A DNA stretch of 64,000 nucleotides from NCBI GenBank assembly GCA_964016885.1, contig OZ024742.1, positions 370,636,001-370,700,000 on the forward strand. Reading direction: 5' to 3'. The stretch comes from Eledone cirrhosa (Eukaryota). The number at the start of each line of letters is the position of its first letter. The first letter of the stretch is position 1. This document shows positions 42,101 through 56,699 of this stretch, piece after piece. Made by a program: the position numbers and the translations under genes. The notes beneath the pieces were generated by a model. That model did not search any database. It worked only from the letters and a program-made list of their open reading frames with translations, and was not told the DNA's origin.

Positions 42101-45100
42101 TATAGTGGTGCTTCTACCTCAGGTGACATATACTCCTCATATAGTGGTGGTTCTACCTCAGGTGAGGTATACTCCTCATATAGTGGTGGTTCTACCTCAG
42201 TGAGGTATACTCCTTATATAATGGTGGTTCTACCTCAGGTGAGATATACTCATCATATAGTGGTGGTTCTACCTCAGGTGAGATATACTCCTCATATAGA
42301 GGTTGTTCTACCTCAGGTTAGATATACTTTTCATATAGTGGTGGTTCTACCTCAGGTGAGATATACTCCTCATATAGTGGTGGTTCTACCTCAGGTGAGA
42401 AATACTCCTCATATAGTGGTGGTTCTACCTCAGGTGAGGTATACTCCTCATATAGTGGTGGTTCTACCTCAGGTGAGGTATACTCCTCATATAATGGTTG
42501 TTCTACCTCAGGTGAGATATACTCCTCATATAGTGGTGGTTCTACCTCAGGTGAGGTATACTCCTCATATAGGGGTGGTTCTACCTCAGGTGAGATATAC
42601 ACCTCATATAATGGTGGTTCTACCTCAGCTGAGATATACTCCTCATAAAGGGTTGGTTCTACCTCAGGTGAGGTATACTCCTCATATAGGGTTGGTTCTA
42701 CCTCAGGTGAGATATTCTCCTCATATAATGGTGGTTCTACCTCAGGTGAGATATACTCCTCATATAGGGGTGGTTCTACCTCAGGTGAGGTATACTCTTC
42801 ATATAGTGGTGGTTCTACCTCAGGTGAGGTATACTCTTCATATAGTGGTGGTTCTACCTCAGGTGAGATATACTCGTCATATAGTGTTGGTTCTACCTCA
42901 GGTGAGGTATACTCCTCATATAATGGTGGTTCTACCTCAGTGAGGTATACTCCTTATATAATGGTGGTTCTACCTCAGGTGAGGTATACTCCTCATATAG
43001 TGGTGGTTCTACATCAGGTGAGGTATACTCCTCATATAGTGGTGGTTTTACCTCAAGTGAGGTATACTCCGCATATATTGGTGGTTCTACCTCATGTGAG
43101 GTATACTCCTCATATAGTGGTGGTTCTACCTGAGGTGAGATATACTCTTCATATAATGGTGGTTTTACCTCAGGTGAGGTATACTCCTCATATAGTGGTG
43201 GTTTTACCTCAGGTGAGATATACTCCTCATATAGTGGTGGTTCTACCTCAGGTGAGGTATACTCCTCATATAGTGGTGGTTTTACCTCAGGTGAGGTATA
43301 CTCCTCATATAGTGGTGGTTCTACCTCAGGTGAGATATACTCCTCATATAGTGGTGGTTCTACCTCAGGTGAGGTATACTCCTCATATAGTGGTGGTTCT
43401 ACCTCAGGTGAGGTATACTCCCCATATAGTGGTGGTTCTACCTCAGGTGAGGTATACTCTCATATAGTGGTGGTTTTACCTCAGGTGAGATATATTCCTC
43501 ATATAGTGGCGGTTCTACCTCAGGTGAGGTATACTCCTCATATAGTGGTGGTTCTACCTCAGGTGTGATATACTCCTCATATAATGGTAGTTCTACCTTA
43601 GGTGAGATATACTCCTCATATAGTGGTGGATCTACCTCAAGTGAGATATACTTCTCATATAGTGGTGGTTCTACCTCAGGTGAGGTATACTCCTCATATA
43701 GTGGTGGTTCTTCCTCAGGTGAGGTATACTCCTCATATAATGGTGGTTCTACCTCAGGTGAGGTATACTCCTCGTATAGTGGTGGTTCTACCTAAGTTGA
43801 GATATACTCCTCATATAGTGGTGGTTCTACCTCAGGTGAGATATACTCCTCATATAGTGGTGGTTCTACCTCGGGTGAGATATACTCCTCATATAGTAGT
43901 GGTTCGACCTCAGGTGAGGTATACTCCTCATATAGTGGTGGTTCTACCTCAGGTGAGGTATACTCCTCATATAGGGTTGGTTATACCTCAGGTGAGATAT
44001 ACTCCTCATATAGTGGTGGTTCTACCTCGGGTGAGATATACTCCTCATATAGTAGTGGTTCTATCTCAGGTGAGGTATACTCCTCATATAGTGGTGGTTC
44101 TACCTCAGTGAGGTATACTTTTCATATAGTGGTGGTTCTACCTCAGGTGAGATATACTCCTCATATAGTGGTGGTTCTACCTCAGGTGAGATATACTCCT
44201 CATATAGTGGTGGTTCTACCTCAGCTGAGATATACTCCTCATATAGTGGTGGTTCTACCTCAGGTGAGGTATACTCCTCATATAGTGCTGGTTCTACCTC
44301 AGTGAGGTATACGCCTTATATAATGGTGGTTCTACCTCAGGTGAGATATACTCATCATATAGTGGTGGTTCTACCTCAGGTGAGATATACTCCTCATATA
44401 GAGGTGGTTCTACGTCAGGTTAGATATACTCCTCATATAGTGGTGGTTCTACCTCAGGTGAGGTATACTCCTCATATAGTGGTGGTTCTACCTCAGGTGA
44501 GGTATACTCCTCATATAGTGTTGGTTCTACCTCAGGTGAGGTATACTCCTCATATAGTGGTGGTTCTGCCTCAGGTGAGATATACTCCTCATATAGTGGT
44601 GCTTCTACCTCAGGTGAGATATACTCCTCATATAGTGGTGGTTCTACCTCAGGTGAGATATACTCCTCATATAATGGTAGTTCTACCTCAGGTGAGATAT
44701 ACTCCTCATATAGTGGTGGTTCTACCTCAAGTGAGATATACTCCTCGTATAGTGGTGGTTCTACCTAAGTTGAGATATACTCCTCATATAGTGGTGGTTC
44801 TACCTCGGGTGAGATATACTCCTCATATAGTAGTGGTTCTATCTCAGGTGAGGTATACTCCTCATATAGTGGTGGTTCTACCTCAGTGAGGTATACTTTT
44901 CATATAGTGGTGGTTCTACCTCAGGTGAGATATACTCCTCATATAGTGGTGGTTCTACCTCAGGTGAGGTATACTCCTCATATAGTGGTGGTTTTACCTC
45001 AGGTGAGGTATACTCCTCATATAGTGGTGGTTCTACCTCAGGTGAGATATACTCCTCATATAGTGGTGGTTCGACCTCAGGTGAGATATACTCCTCATAT

Positions 45101-48100
45101 AATGGTGGTTCTACCTCAGGTGAGGTATACTCCTCATATAATGGTGGTTCTACCTCAGGTGAGCTATACTCCTCATATAGTGGTGGTTCTACCTCAGGTG
45201 AGATATACTCCTCATATAGTGGTGGTTCTACCTCAGGTGAGGTATACTCCTCATATAGTGGTGGTTCTACCTCATGTGAGATATACTCCTCATATAGTGG
45301 TGGTACTACCTCAGGTGAGGTATACTCCTCATATAGTGGTGGTTCTACCTCAGGTGAGGTATACTCCTCATATAGTGGTGGTTCTACCTCAGGTGAGGTA
45401 TACTCCTCATATAATGGTGGTTCTACCTCAGGTGAGATATACGCCTCATATAATGGTGGTTTTACCTCAGGTGAGGTATACTCTTCATATAGTGGTGGTT
45501 CTACCTCAGGTGAGGTATACTCTTCATATAGTGGTGGTTCTACCTCAGGTGAGGTATACTCCTCATATAATGGTGGTTCTATCTCAATGAGGTATACTCA
45601 TCATATAGTGGTGGTTCTACCTCAGGTGAGATATACTCCTCATTTAGTGGTGGTTCTACCTCAGGTGAGGTATACTCCTCATATAGGGGTGGTTTTACCT
45701 CAGGTGAGATATACTCTTCATATAGTGGTGGTTCAACCTCAGGTGAGGTATACTCCTCATATAATGGTGGTTCTACCTCAGGTGAGGTATACTCCTTATA
45801 TAGGGGTGGTTCTACCTCAGGTGAGATATACTCCTCATTTAGTGGTGGTTCTACCTCAGGTGAGGTATACTCCTCATATAGGGGTGGTTTTACCTCAGGT
45901 GAGATATACTCTTCATATAGTGGTGGTTCAACCTCAGGTGAGGTATACTCCTCATATAATGGTGGTTCTACCTCAGGGGAGGTATACTCCTCATATAGGG
46001 GTGGTTCTACCTCAGGTGACATATACTCCTCATATAATGTTGGTTCTAAATAGGGGAGGTATACTCCTCATATAGTGGTGCTTCTACCTCAGGTGACATA
46101 TACTCCTCATATAGTGGTGGTTCTACCTCAGGTGAGGTATACTCCTCATATAGTGGTGGTTCTACCTCAGTGAGGTATACTCCTTATATAATGGTGGTTC
46201 TACCTCAGGTGAGATATACTCATCATATAGTGGTGGTTCTACCTCAGGTGAGATATACTCCTCATATAGAGGTTGTTCTACCTCAGGTTAGATATACTTT
46301 TCATATAGTGGTGGTTCTACCTCAGGTGAGATATACTCCTCATATAGTGGTGGTTCTACCTCAGGTGAGAAATACTCCTCATATAGTGGTGGTTCTACCT
46401 CAGGTGAGGTATACTCCTCATATAGTGGTGGTTCTACCTCAGGTGAGGTATACTCCTCATATAATGGTTGTTCTACCTCAGGTGAGATATACTCCTCATA
46501 AAGGGTTGGTTCTACCTCAGGTGAGGTATACTCCTCATATAGGGTTGGTTCTACCTCAGGTGAGATATTCTCCTCATATAATGGTGGTTCTACCTCAGGT
46601 GAGATATACTCCTCATATAGGGGTGGTTCTACCTCAGGTGAGGTATACTCTTCATATAGTGGTGGTTCTACCTCAGGTGAGGTATACTCTTCATATAGTG
46701 GTGGTTCTACCTCAGGTGAGATATACTCGTCATATAGTGTTGGTTCTACCTCAGGTGAGGTATACTCCTCATATAATGGTGGTTCTACCTCAGTGAGGTA
46801 TACTCCTTATATAATGGTGGTTCTACCTCAGGTGAGGTATACTCCTCATATAGTGGTGGTTCTACATCAGGTGAGGTATACTCCTCATATAGTGGTGGTT
46901 TTACCTCAAGTGAGGTATACTCCGCATATATTGGTGGTTCTACCTCATGTGAGGTATACTCCTCATATAGTGGTGGTTCTACCTGAGGTGAGATATACTC
47001 TTCATATAATGGTGGTTTTACCTCAGGTGAGGTATACTCCTCATATAGTGGTGGTTTTACCTCAGGTGAGATATACTCCTCATATAGTGGTGGTTCTACC
47101 TCAGGTGAGGTATACTCCTCATATAGTGGTGGTTTTACCTCAGGTGAGGTATACTCCTCATATAGTGGTGGTTCTACCTCAGGTGAGATATACTCCTCAT
47201 ATAGTGGTGGTTCTACCTCAGGTGAGGTATACTCCTCATATAGTGGTGGTTCTACCTCAGGTGAGGTATACTCCCCATATAGTGGTGGTTCTACCTCAGG
47301 TGAGGTATACTCTCATATAGTGGTGGTTTTACCTCAGGTGAGATATATTCCTCATATAGTGGCGGTTCTACCTCAGGTGAGGTATACTCCTCATATAGTG
47401 GTGGTTCTACATCAGGTGTGATATACTCCTCATATAATGGTAGTTCTACCTTAGGTGAGATATACTCCTCATATAGTGGTGGATCTACCTCAAGTGAGAT
47501 ATACTTCTCATATAGTGGTGGTTCTACCTCAGGTGAGGTATACTCCTCATATAGTGGTGGTTCTTCCTCAGGTGAGGTATACTCCTCATATAATGGTGGT
47601 TCTACCTCAGGTGAGGTATACTCCTCGTATAGTGGTGGTTCTACCTAAGTTGAGATATACTCCTCATATAGTGGTGGTTCTACCTCAGGTGAGATATACT
47701 CCTCATATAGTGGTGGTTCTACCTCGGGTGAGATATACTCCTCATATAGTAGTGGTTCGACCTCAGGTGAGGTATACTCCTCATATAGTGGTGGTTCTAC
47801 CTCAGGTGAGGTATACTCCTCATATAGGGTTGGTTATACCTCAGGTGAGATATACTCCTCATATAGTGGTGGTTCTACCTCGGGTGAGATATACTCCTCA
47901 TATAGTAGTGGTTCTATCTCAGGTGAGGTATACTCCTCATATAGTGGTGGTTCTACCTCAGTGAGGTATACTTTTCATATAGTGGTGGTTCTACCTCAGG
48001 TGAGATATACTCCTCATATAGTGGTGGTTCTACCTCAGGTGAGATATACTCCTCATATAGTGGTGGTTCTACCTCAGCTGAGATATACTCCTCATATAGT

Positions 48101-48590
48101 GGTGGTTCTACCTCAGGTGAGGTATACTCCTCATATAGTGGTGGTTCTACCTCAGTGAGGTATACGCCTTATATAATGGTGGTTCTACCTCAGGTGAGAT
48201 ATACTCATCATATAGTGGTGGTTCTACCTCAGGTGAGATATACTCCTCATATAGAGGTGGTTCTACGTCAGGTTAGATATACTCCTCATATAGTGGTGGT
48301 TCTACCTCAGGTGAGGTATACTCCTCATATAGTGGTGGTTCTACCTCAGGTGAGGTATACTCCTCATATAGTGTTGGTTCTACCTCAGGTGAGGTATACT
48401 CCTCATATAGTGGTGGTTCTGCCTCAGGTGAGATATACTCCTCATATAGTGGTGCTTCTACCTCAGGTGAGATATACTCCTCATATAGTGGTGGTTCTAC
48501 CTCAGGTGAGATATACACCTCATATAATGGTAGTTCTACCTCAGGTGAGATATACTCCTCATATAGTGGTGGTTCTACCTCAAGTGAGAT
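36200..48590. repeat. Higher-order repeat, basic period 3970 bp (102 monomers minus 8 bp), ~3 copies; copy 2 has a +584 bp duplication and copy 3 a -117 bp deletion
   Basis: Matching pseudo-ORFs at 36362/40332/44886, 37646/42200/46170 and 39011/43565/47418 give offsets of 3970, 4554 (=3970+584) and 3853 (=3970-117). Boundaries approximate. Confidence 0.92.
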
Positions 48591-51500
48591 ATACTCCTCA
48601 TATAGTGGTGGTTCTACCTCAGGTGAGGTATACTCCTCATATAGTGGTGGTTCTACCTCAGGTGAGGTATACTTTTCATATAGTGGTGGTTCTACCTCAG
48701 GTGAGGTAAACTCCTCATATAGTGGTTGTTCTACCTCAGGTGAGGTATACTCCTCATATAATGGTGGTTCTACCTCAGGTGAGGTATACTCCTCATATAG
48801 TGGTGGTTCTACCTCAGTTGAGATATACTCCTCATATAGTGGTGGTTCTACCTCAGGTGAGATATACTCCTCATATAGTGGTGGTTCTACCTCGGGTGAG
48901 ATATACTCCTCATATAGTAGTGGTTCTACCTCAGGTGAGGTATACTCCTCATATAGTGGTGGTTCTACCTCAGGTGAGGTATACTCCTCATATAGGGTTG
49001 GTTCTACCTCAGGTGAGATATACTCCTCATATAATGGTGGTTGTACCTCAGCTGAGATATACTCCTCATATAGGGGTGGTTCTACCTCAGCTGAGGTATA
49101 CTCCTCATATAGTGGTGGTTCTACCTCAGGTGAGGTATACTCCTCATATAGTGGTGGTTCTACCTCAGGTGAGATATATTCCTCATATAGTGGTGGTTCT
49201 ACCTCAGGTGAGGTATACTCCTCATATATTGGTGGTTTTACCTCAGGTGAGGTATACTCCTCATATAGTGGTGGTTTTACCTCAGGGGAGGTATACTCCT
49301 CATATAGTGGTGGTTCTACCTCAGGTGAGGTATACACCTCATATAGTGGTGGTTCTACCTCAGGTGAGATATACTCTTCATATAATGATGGTTTTACCTC
49401 AGGTGAGGTATACTCCTCATATAGTGGTGGTTTTACCTCAGGTGAGATATACTCCTCATATAGTGGTGGTTCTACCTCAGGTGAGGTATACTCCTCATAT
49501 AGTGGTGGTTTTACCTCAGGTGAGGTATACTCATATAATGGTGGTTCTACCTCAGGTGTGGTATACTCCTCATATAGTGGTGGTTCTACCTCAGGTGAGG
49601 TATACTCCTCATATAGTGGTGGTTTTACCTCAGTTGAGGTATACTCCTCATATAGTGGTGGTTCTACCTCAGGTGAGATATACTCCTCATATAGTGGTGG
49701 TTCTACCTCAGGTGAGATATACTCCTCATATAATGGTGGTTCTACCTCAGGTGAGATATACTCCTCATATAATGGTGGTTCCACCTCAGGTGAGGTATAC
49801 TCCTCATATAGTGGTGGTTCTACCTCAGGTGAGATATACTCCTCATATAGTGGTGGTTCTACCTCAGGTGAGGTATACTCCTCATATAGTGGTGGTTCTA
49901 CCTCAGGTGAGGTATACTCCCTATATAGTGGTGGTTCTACCTCAGGTGAGGGATACTCTCATATAGTGGTGGTTTTACGTCAGGTGAGATATATTCCTCA
50001 TATAGTGGCGGTCCTACCTCAGGTGAGGTATACTTCTCATATAGTGGTGATTCTACCTCAGGTGAGATATACTCCTCATATAATGGTAGTTCTACCTCAG
50101 GTGAGATATACTCCTCATATAGTGGTGGTTCTACCTCAAGTGAGATATACTCCTCATATAGTGGTGGTTCTACCTCAGGTGAGGTATACTCCTCATATAG
50201 TGGTGGTTCTACCTCAGGTGAGGTATACTTTTCATATAGTGGTGGTTCTACCTCAGGTGAGGTAAACTCCTCATATAATGGTGGTTCTACCTCAGGTGAG
50301 GTATACTCCTCATATAGTGGTGGTTCTACCTCAGTTGAGATATACTCCTCATATAGTGGTGGTTCTACCTCAGGTGAGATATACTCCTCATATAGTGGTG
50401 GTTCTACCTCGGGTGAGATATACTCCTCATATAGTAGTGGTTCTACCTCAGGTGAGGTATACTCCTCATATAGGGTTGGTTCTACCTCAGGTGAGATATA
50501 CTCCTCATATAATGGTGGTTGTACCTCAGCTGAGATATACTCCTCATATCGGGGTGGTTCTACCTCAGCTGAGGTATACTCCTCATATAGTGGTGGTTCT
50601 ACCTCAGGTGAGGTATACTCCTCATATAGTGGTGGTTCTACCTCAGGTGAGATATATTCCTCATATAGTGGTGGTTCTACCTCAGGTGAGATATACTCCT
50701 CATATAGTGGTGGTTCTACCTCATTTGAGGTATACTCCTCATATAGTGGTGGTTCTACCTCAGGTGAGGTATACTCCTCATATAGTGGTGGTTCTACCTC
50801 AGGTGAGATATACTCCTCATATAGTGGTGGTTCTACCTCAGGTGAGATATGCTCATCATATAGTGGTTGTTCTACCTCAGGTGAGGTATGCTCCTCATAT
50901 AGTGGTGGTTCTACCTCAGGTGAGATATACTCCTCATATAGTGGTGGTTCTACCTCAGGTGAGATATGCTCATCATATAGTGGTGGTTCTACCTCAGGTG
51001 AGGTATACTCCTCATATAGTGGTGCTTCTACCTCAGGTGAGATATACTCCTCATATAGTGGTGGTTCTACCTCAGGTGAGATATACTCTTCATATAATGG
51101 TGGTTTTACCTCAGGTGAGGTATACTCCTCATATAGTGGTGGTTTTACCTCAGGTGAGATATACTCCTCATATAGTGGTGGTTCTACCTCAGGTGAGGTA
51201 TACTCCTCATATAGTGGTGGTTTTACCTCATGTGAGGTATACTCCTCATATAATGGTGGTTCTACCTCAGGTGAGGTATACTCCTCATATAGTGGTGGTT
51301 CTACCTCAGGTGAGATATACTCCTTATATAGTGGTGGTTCTACCTCAGGTGAGATATACTCCTCATATAGTGGTGGTTCTACCTCAGGTGAGATATACTC
51401 CTCATATAGTAGTGGTTCTATCTCAGGTGAGGTATACTCCTCATATAGTGGTGGTTCTACCTCAGGTGAGGTATACTTTTCATATAGTGGTAGTTCTACC

Positions 51501-54500
51501 TCAGGTGAGATATACTCCTCATATAGTGGTGGTTCTACCTCAGGTGAGATATACTCCTCATATAGTGGTGGTTCTACCTCAGGTGAGATATACTCCTCAT
51601 ATAGTGGTGGTTCTACCTCAGGTGAGGTATACTCCTCATATAATGGTGGTTCTACCTCAAGTGAGGTATACTCCTCATATAATGGTGGTTCTACCTCAAG
51701 TGAGGTATACTCCTCATATAATGGTGGTTCTACCTCAGGTGAGGTATACTCCTCATATAGTGGTGGTTCTACCTCAGGTGAGGTATACTCCTCATATAGT
51801 GGTGGTTTTACCTCAGGTGAGATATACTCCTCATATAGTGGTGGTTTTACCTCAGGTGAGATATACTCCTCATATAGTGGTGGTTCTACCTCAGGTGAGG
51901 TATACTCCTCATAATAGTGGTGGTTTTACCTCAGGTGAGGTATACTCCTCATATAATGGTGGTTCTACCTCAGGTGAGGTATACTCCTCATATAATGGTG
52001 ATTCTACCTCAGCTGAGATATACTCCTCATATAGGGTTGGTTCTACCTCAGGTGAGATATACTCCTCATATAGTGGTGGTTCAACCTCAGTTGAGATATA
52101 CTCCTCATATAGTGGTGGTTCTACCTCAGGTGAGGTATACTCCTCATATAGTGGTGGTTTTACCTCAGGTGAGGTATACTCCTCATATAATGGTGGTTCT
52201 ACCTCAGGTGAGGTATACTCCTCATATAGTGGTGGTTCTACCTCAGGTGAGGTATACTCCTCATATAATGGTGGTTCTACCTCAGGGGAGGTATACTCCT
52301 CATATAGGGGTGGTTCTACCTCAGGTGAGATATACTCCTCATATAATGTTGGTTCTACCTATCGGGAGGTATACACCTCATATAGTGGTGGTTCTACCTC
52401 AGGTGAGATATACTCTTCATATAATGATGGTTTTACCTCAGGTGAGGTATACTCCTCATATAGTGGTGGTTCAACCTCAGGTGAGGTATACTCCTCATAT
52501 AGTGGTGCTTCTACCTCAGGTGAGATATACTCCTCATATAGTGGTGGTTCTACCTCAGGTGAGATATACTCTTCATATAGTGGTGGTTCTACCTCAGGTG
52601 AGGTATACTCCTCATATATTGGTGGTTTTACCTCAGGTGAGGTATACTCCTCATATAGTGGTGGTTTTACCTCAGGGGAGGTATACTCCTCATATAGTGG
52701 TGGTTCTACCTCAGGTGAGGTATACACCTCATATAGTGGTGGTTCTACCTCAGGTGAGATATACTGTTCATATAATGATGGTTTTACCTCAGGTGAGGTA
52801 TACTCCTCATATAGTGGTGGTTTTACCTCAGGTGAGATATACTCCTCATATAGTGGTGGTTCTACCTCAGGTGAGGTATACTCCTCATATAGTGGTGGTT
52901 TTACCTCAGGTGAGGTATACTCTTCATATAATGGTGGTTCTACCTCAGGTGTGGTATACTCCTCATATAGTGGTGGTTCTACCTCAGGTGAGGTATACTC
53001 CTCATATAGTGGTGGTTTTACCTCAGGTGAGGTATACTCCTCATATAGTGGTGGTTCTACCTCAGGTGAGATATACTCCTCATATAGTGGTGGTTCTACC
53101 TCAGGTGAGATATACTCCTCATATAATGGTGGTTCTACCTCAGGTGAGATATACTCCTCATATAATGGTGGTTCCACCTCAGGTGAGGTATACTCCTCAT
53201 ATAGTGGTGGTTCTACCTCAGGTGAGATATACTCCTCATATAGTGGTGGTTCTACCTCAGGTGAGGTATACTCCTCATATAGTGGTGGTTCTACCTCAGG
53301 TGAGGTATACTCCCCATATAGTGGTGGTTCTACCTCAGGTGAGGGATACTCTCATATAGTGGTGGTTTTACGTCAGGTGAGATATATTCCTCATATAGTG
53401 GCGGTTCTACCTCAGGTGAGGTATACTTCTCATATAGTGGTGATTCTACCTCAGGTGAGATATACTCCTCATATAATGGTAGTTCTACCTCAGGTGAGAT
53501 ATACTCCTCATATAGTGGTGGTTCTACCTCAAGTGAGATATACTCCTCATATAGTGGTGGTTCTACCTCAGGTGAGGTATACTCCTCATATAGTGGTGGT
53601 TCTACCTCAGGTGAGGTATACTTTTCATATAGTGGTGGTTCTACCTCAGGTGAGGTAAACTCCTCATATAGTGGTTGTTCTACCTCAGGTGAGGTATACT
53701 CCTCATATAATGGTGGTTCTACCTCAGGTGAGGTATACTCCTCATATAGTGGTGGTTCTACCTCAGTTGAGATATACTCCTCATATAGTGGTGGTTCTAC
53801 CTCAGGTGAGATATACACCTCATATAGTGGTGGTTCTACCTCGGGTGAGATATACTCCTCATATAGTAGTGGTTCTACCTCAGGTGAGGTATACTCCTCA
53901 TATAGTGGTGGTTCTACCTCAGGTGAGGTATACTCCTCATATAGGGTTGGTTCTACCTCAGGTGAGATATACTCCTCATATAATGGTGGTTGTACCTCAG
54001 CTGAGATATACTCCTCATATAGGGGTGGTTCTACCTCAGCTGAGGTATACTCCTCATATAGTGGTGGTTCTACCTCAGGTGAGGTATACTCCTCATATAG
54101 TGGTGGTTCTACCTCAGGTGAGATATATACCTCATATAGTGGTGGTTCTACCTCAGGTGAGATATACTCCTCATATAGTGGTGGTTCTACCTCAGGTGAG
54201 ATATACTCCTGATATAGTGGTGGTTCTACCTCAGGTGAGGTATACTCCTCATATAATGGTGGTTCTACCTCAGGTGAGATATACTCCTCATATAGTGGTG
54301 GTTCTACCTCAGGTGAGATATGCTCATCATATAGAGGTGGTTCTACCTCATTTGAGGTATACTCCTCATATAGTGGTGGTTCTACCTCAGGTGAGGTATA
54401 CTCCTCATATAGTGGTGGTTCTACCTCAGGTGAGATATACTCCTCATATAGTGGTGGTTCTACCTCAGGTGAGATATGCTCATCATATAGTGGTTGTTCT

Positions 54501-56699
54501 ACCTCAGGTGAGGTATGCTCCTCATATAGTGGTGGTTCTACCTCAGGTGAGGTATACTCCTCATATAGTGGTGCTTCTACCTCAGGTGAGATATACTCAT
54601 CATATAGTGGTGGTTCTACCTCATGTGAGGTATACTCCTCATATAGTGGTGCTTCTACCTCAGGTGAGATATACTCCTCATATAGTGGTGGTTTTACCTC
54701 AGGTGAGATATACTCCTCATATAGTGGTGGTTCTACCTCAGGTGAGGTATACTCCTCATATAGTGGTGGTTTTACCTCATGTGAGGTATACTCCTCATAT
54801 AATGGTGGTTCTACCTCAGGTGAGGTATACTCCTCATATAGTGGTGGTTCTACCTCAGGTGAGGTATACTCCTCATATAGTGGTGGTTCTACCTCAGGTG
54901 AGGTATACTCTTCATATAGTCGTGGTTCTACCTCAGGTGAGATATACTCATCATATAATGGTGGTTCTACCTCAGGTGAGATATACTCCTCATATAGTGG
55001 TGGTTCTACCTCAGGTGAGATATGCTCATCATATAGTGGTTGTTCTACCTCAGGTGAGGTATGCTCCTCATATAGTGGTGGTTCTACCTCAGGTGAGATA
55101 TACTCCTCATATAGTGGTGGTTCTACCTCAGGTGAGATATGCTCATCATATAGTGGTGGTTCTACCTCAGGTGAGGTATACTCCTCATATAGTGGTGGTT
55201 CTACCTCAGGTGAGATATACTCCTCATATAGTGGTGGTTCTACCTCAGGTGAGATATGCTCATCATATAGTGGTTGTTCTACCTCAGGTGAGGTATGCTC
55301 CTCATATAGTGGTGGTTCTACCTCAGGTGAGATATACTCCTCATATAGTGGTGGTTCTACATCAGGTGAGGTATACATTTCATATAGTGGTGGTTCTACC
55401 TCAGGTGAGGTAAACTCCTCATATAGTGGTTGTTCTACCTCAGGTGAGGTATACTCCTCATATAATGGTGGTTCTACCTCAGGTGAGGTATACTCCTCAT
55501 ATAGTGGTGGTTCTACCTCAGTTGAGATATACTCCTCATATAGTGGTGGTTCTACCTCAGGTGAGATATACTCCTCATATAGTGGTGGTTCTACCTCGGG
55601 TGAGATATACTCCTCATATAGTAGTGGTTCTACCTCAGGTGAGGTATACTCCTCATATAGTGGTGGTTCTACCTCAGGTGAGGTATACTCCTCATATAGG
55701 GTTGGTTCTACCTCAGGTGAGATATACTCCTCATATAATGGTGGTTGTACCTCAGCTGAGATATACTCCTCATATAGGGATGGTTCTACCTCAGCTGAGG
55801 TATACTCCTCATATAGTGGTGGTTCTACCTCAGGTGAGGTATACTCCTCATATAGTGGTGGTTCTACCTCAGGTGAGATATATACCTCATATAGTGGTGG
55901 TTCTACCTCAGGTGAGATATACTCCTCATATAGTGGTGGTTCTACCTCAGGTGAGATATACTCCTCATATAGTGGTGGTTCTACCTCAGGTGAGGTATAC
56001 TCCTCATATAATGGTGGTTCTACCTCAGGTGAGATATACTCCTCATATAGTGGTGGTTCTACCTCAGGTGAGATATGCTCATCATATAGAGGTGGTTCTA
56101 CCTCATTTGAGGTATACTCCTCATATAGTGGTGGTTCTACCTCAGGTGAGGTATACTCCTCATATAGTGGTGGTTCTACCTCAGGTGAGATATACTCCTC
56201 ATATAGTGGTGGTTCTACCTCAGGTGAGATATGCTCATCATATAGTGGTTGTTCTACCTCAGGTGAGGTATGCTCCTCATATAGTGGTGGTTCTACCTCA
56301 GATGAGATATACTCCTCATATAGTGGTGGTTCTACCTCAGGTGAGATATGCTCATCATATAGTGGTGGTTCTACCTCAGGTGAGGTATACTCCTCATATA
56401 GTGGTGCTTCTACCTCAGGTGAGATATACTCCTCATATAGTGGTGGTTCTACCTCAGGTGAGATATACTCTTCATATAATGGTGGTTTTACCTCAGGTGA
56501 GGTATACTCCTCATATAGTGGTGGTTTTACCTCAGGTGAGATATACTCCTCATATACTGGTGGTTCTACCTCAGGTGAGGTATACTCCTCATATAGTGGT
56601 GGTTTTACCTCATGTGAGGTATACTCCTCATATAATGGTGGTTCTACCTCAGGTGAGGTATACTCCTCATATAGTGGTGGTTCTACCTCAGGTGAGGTA

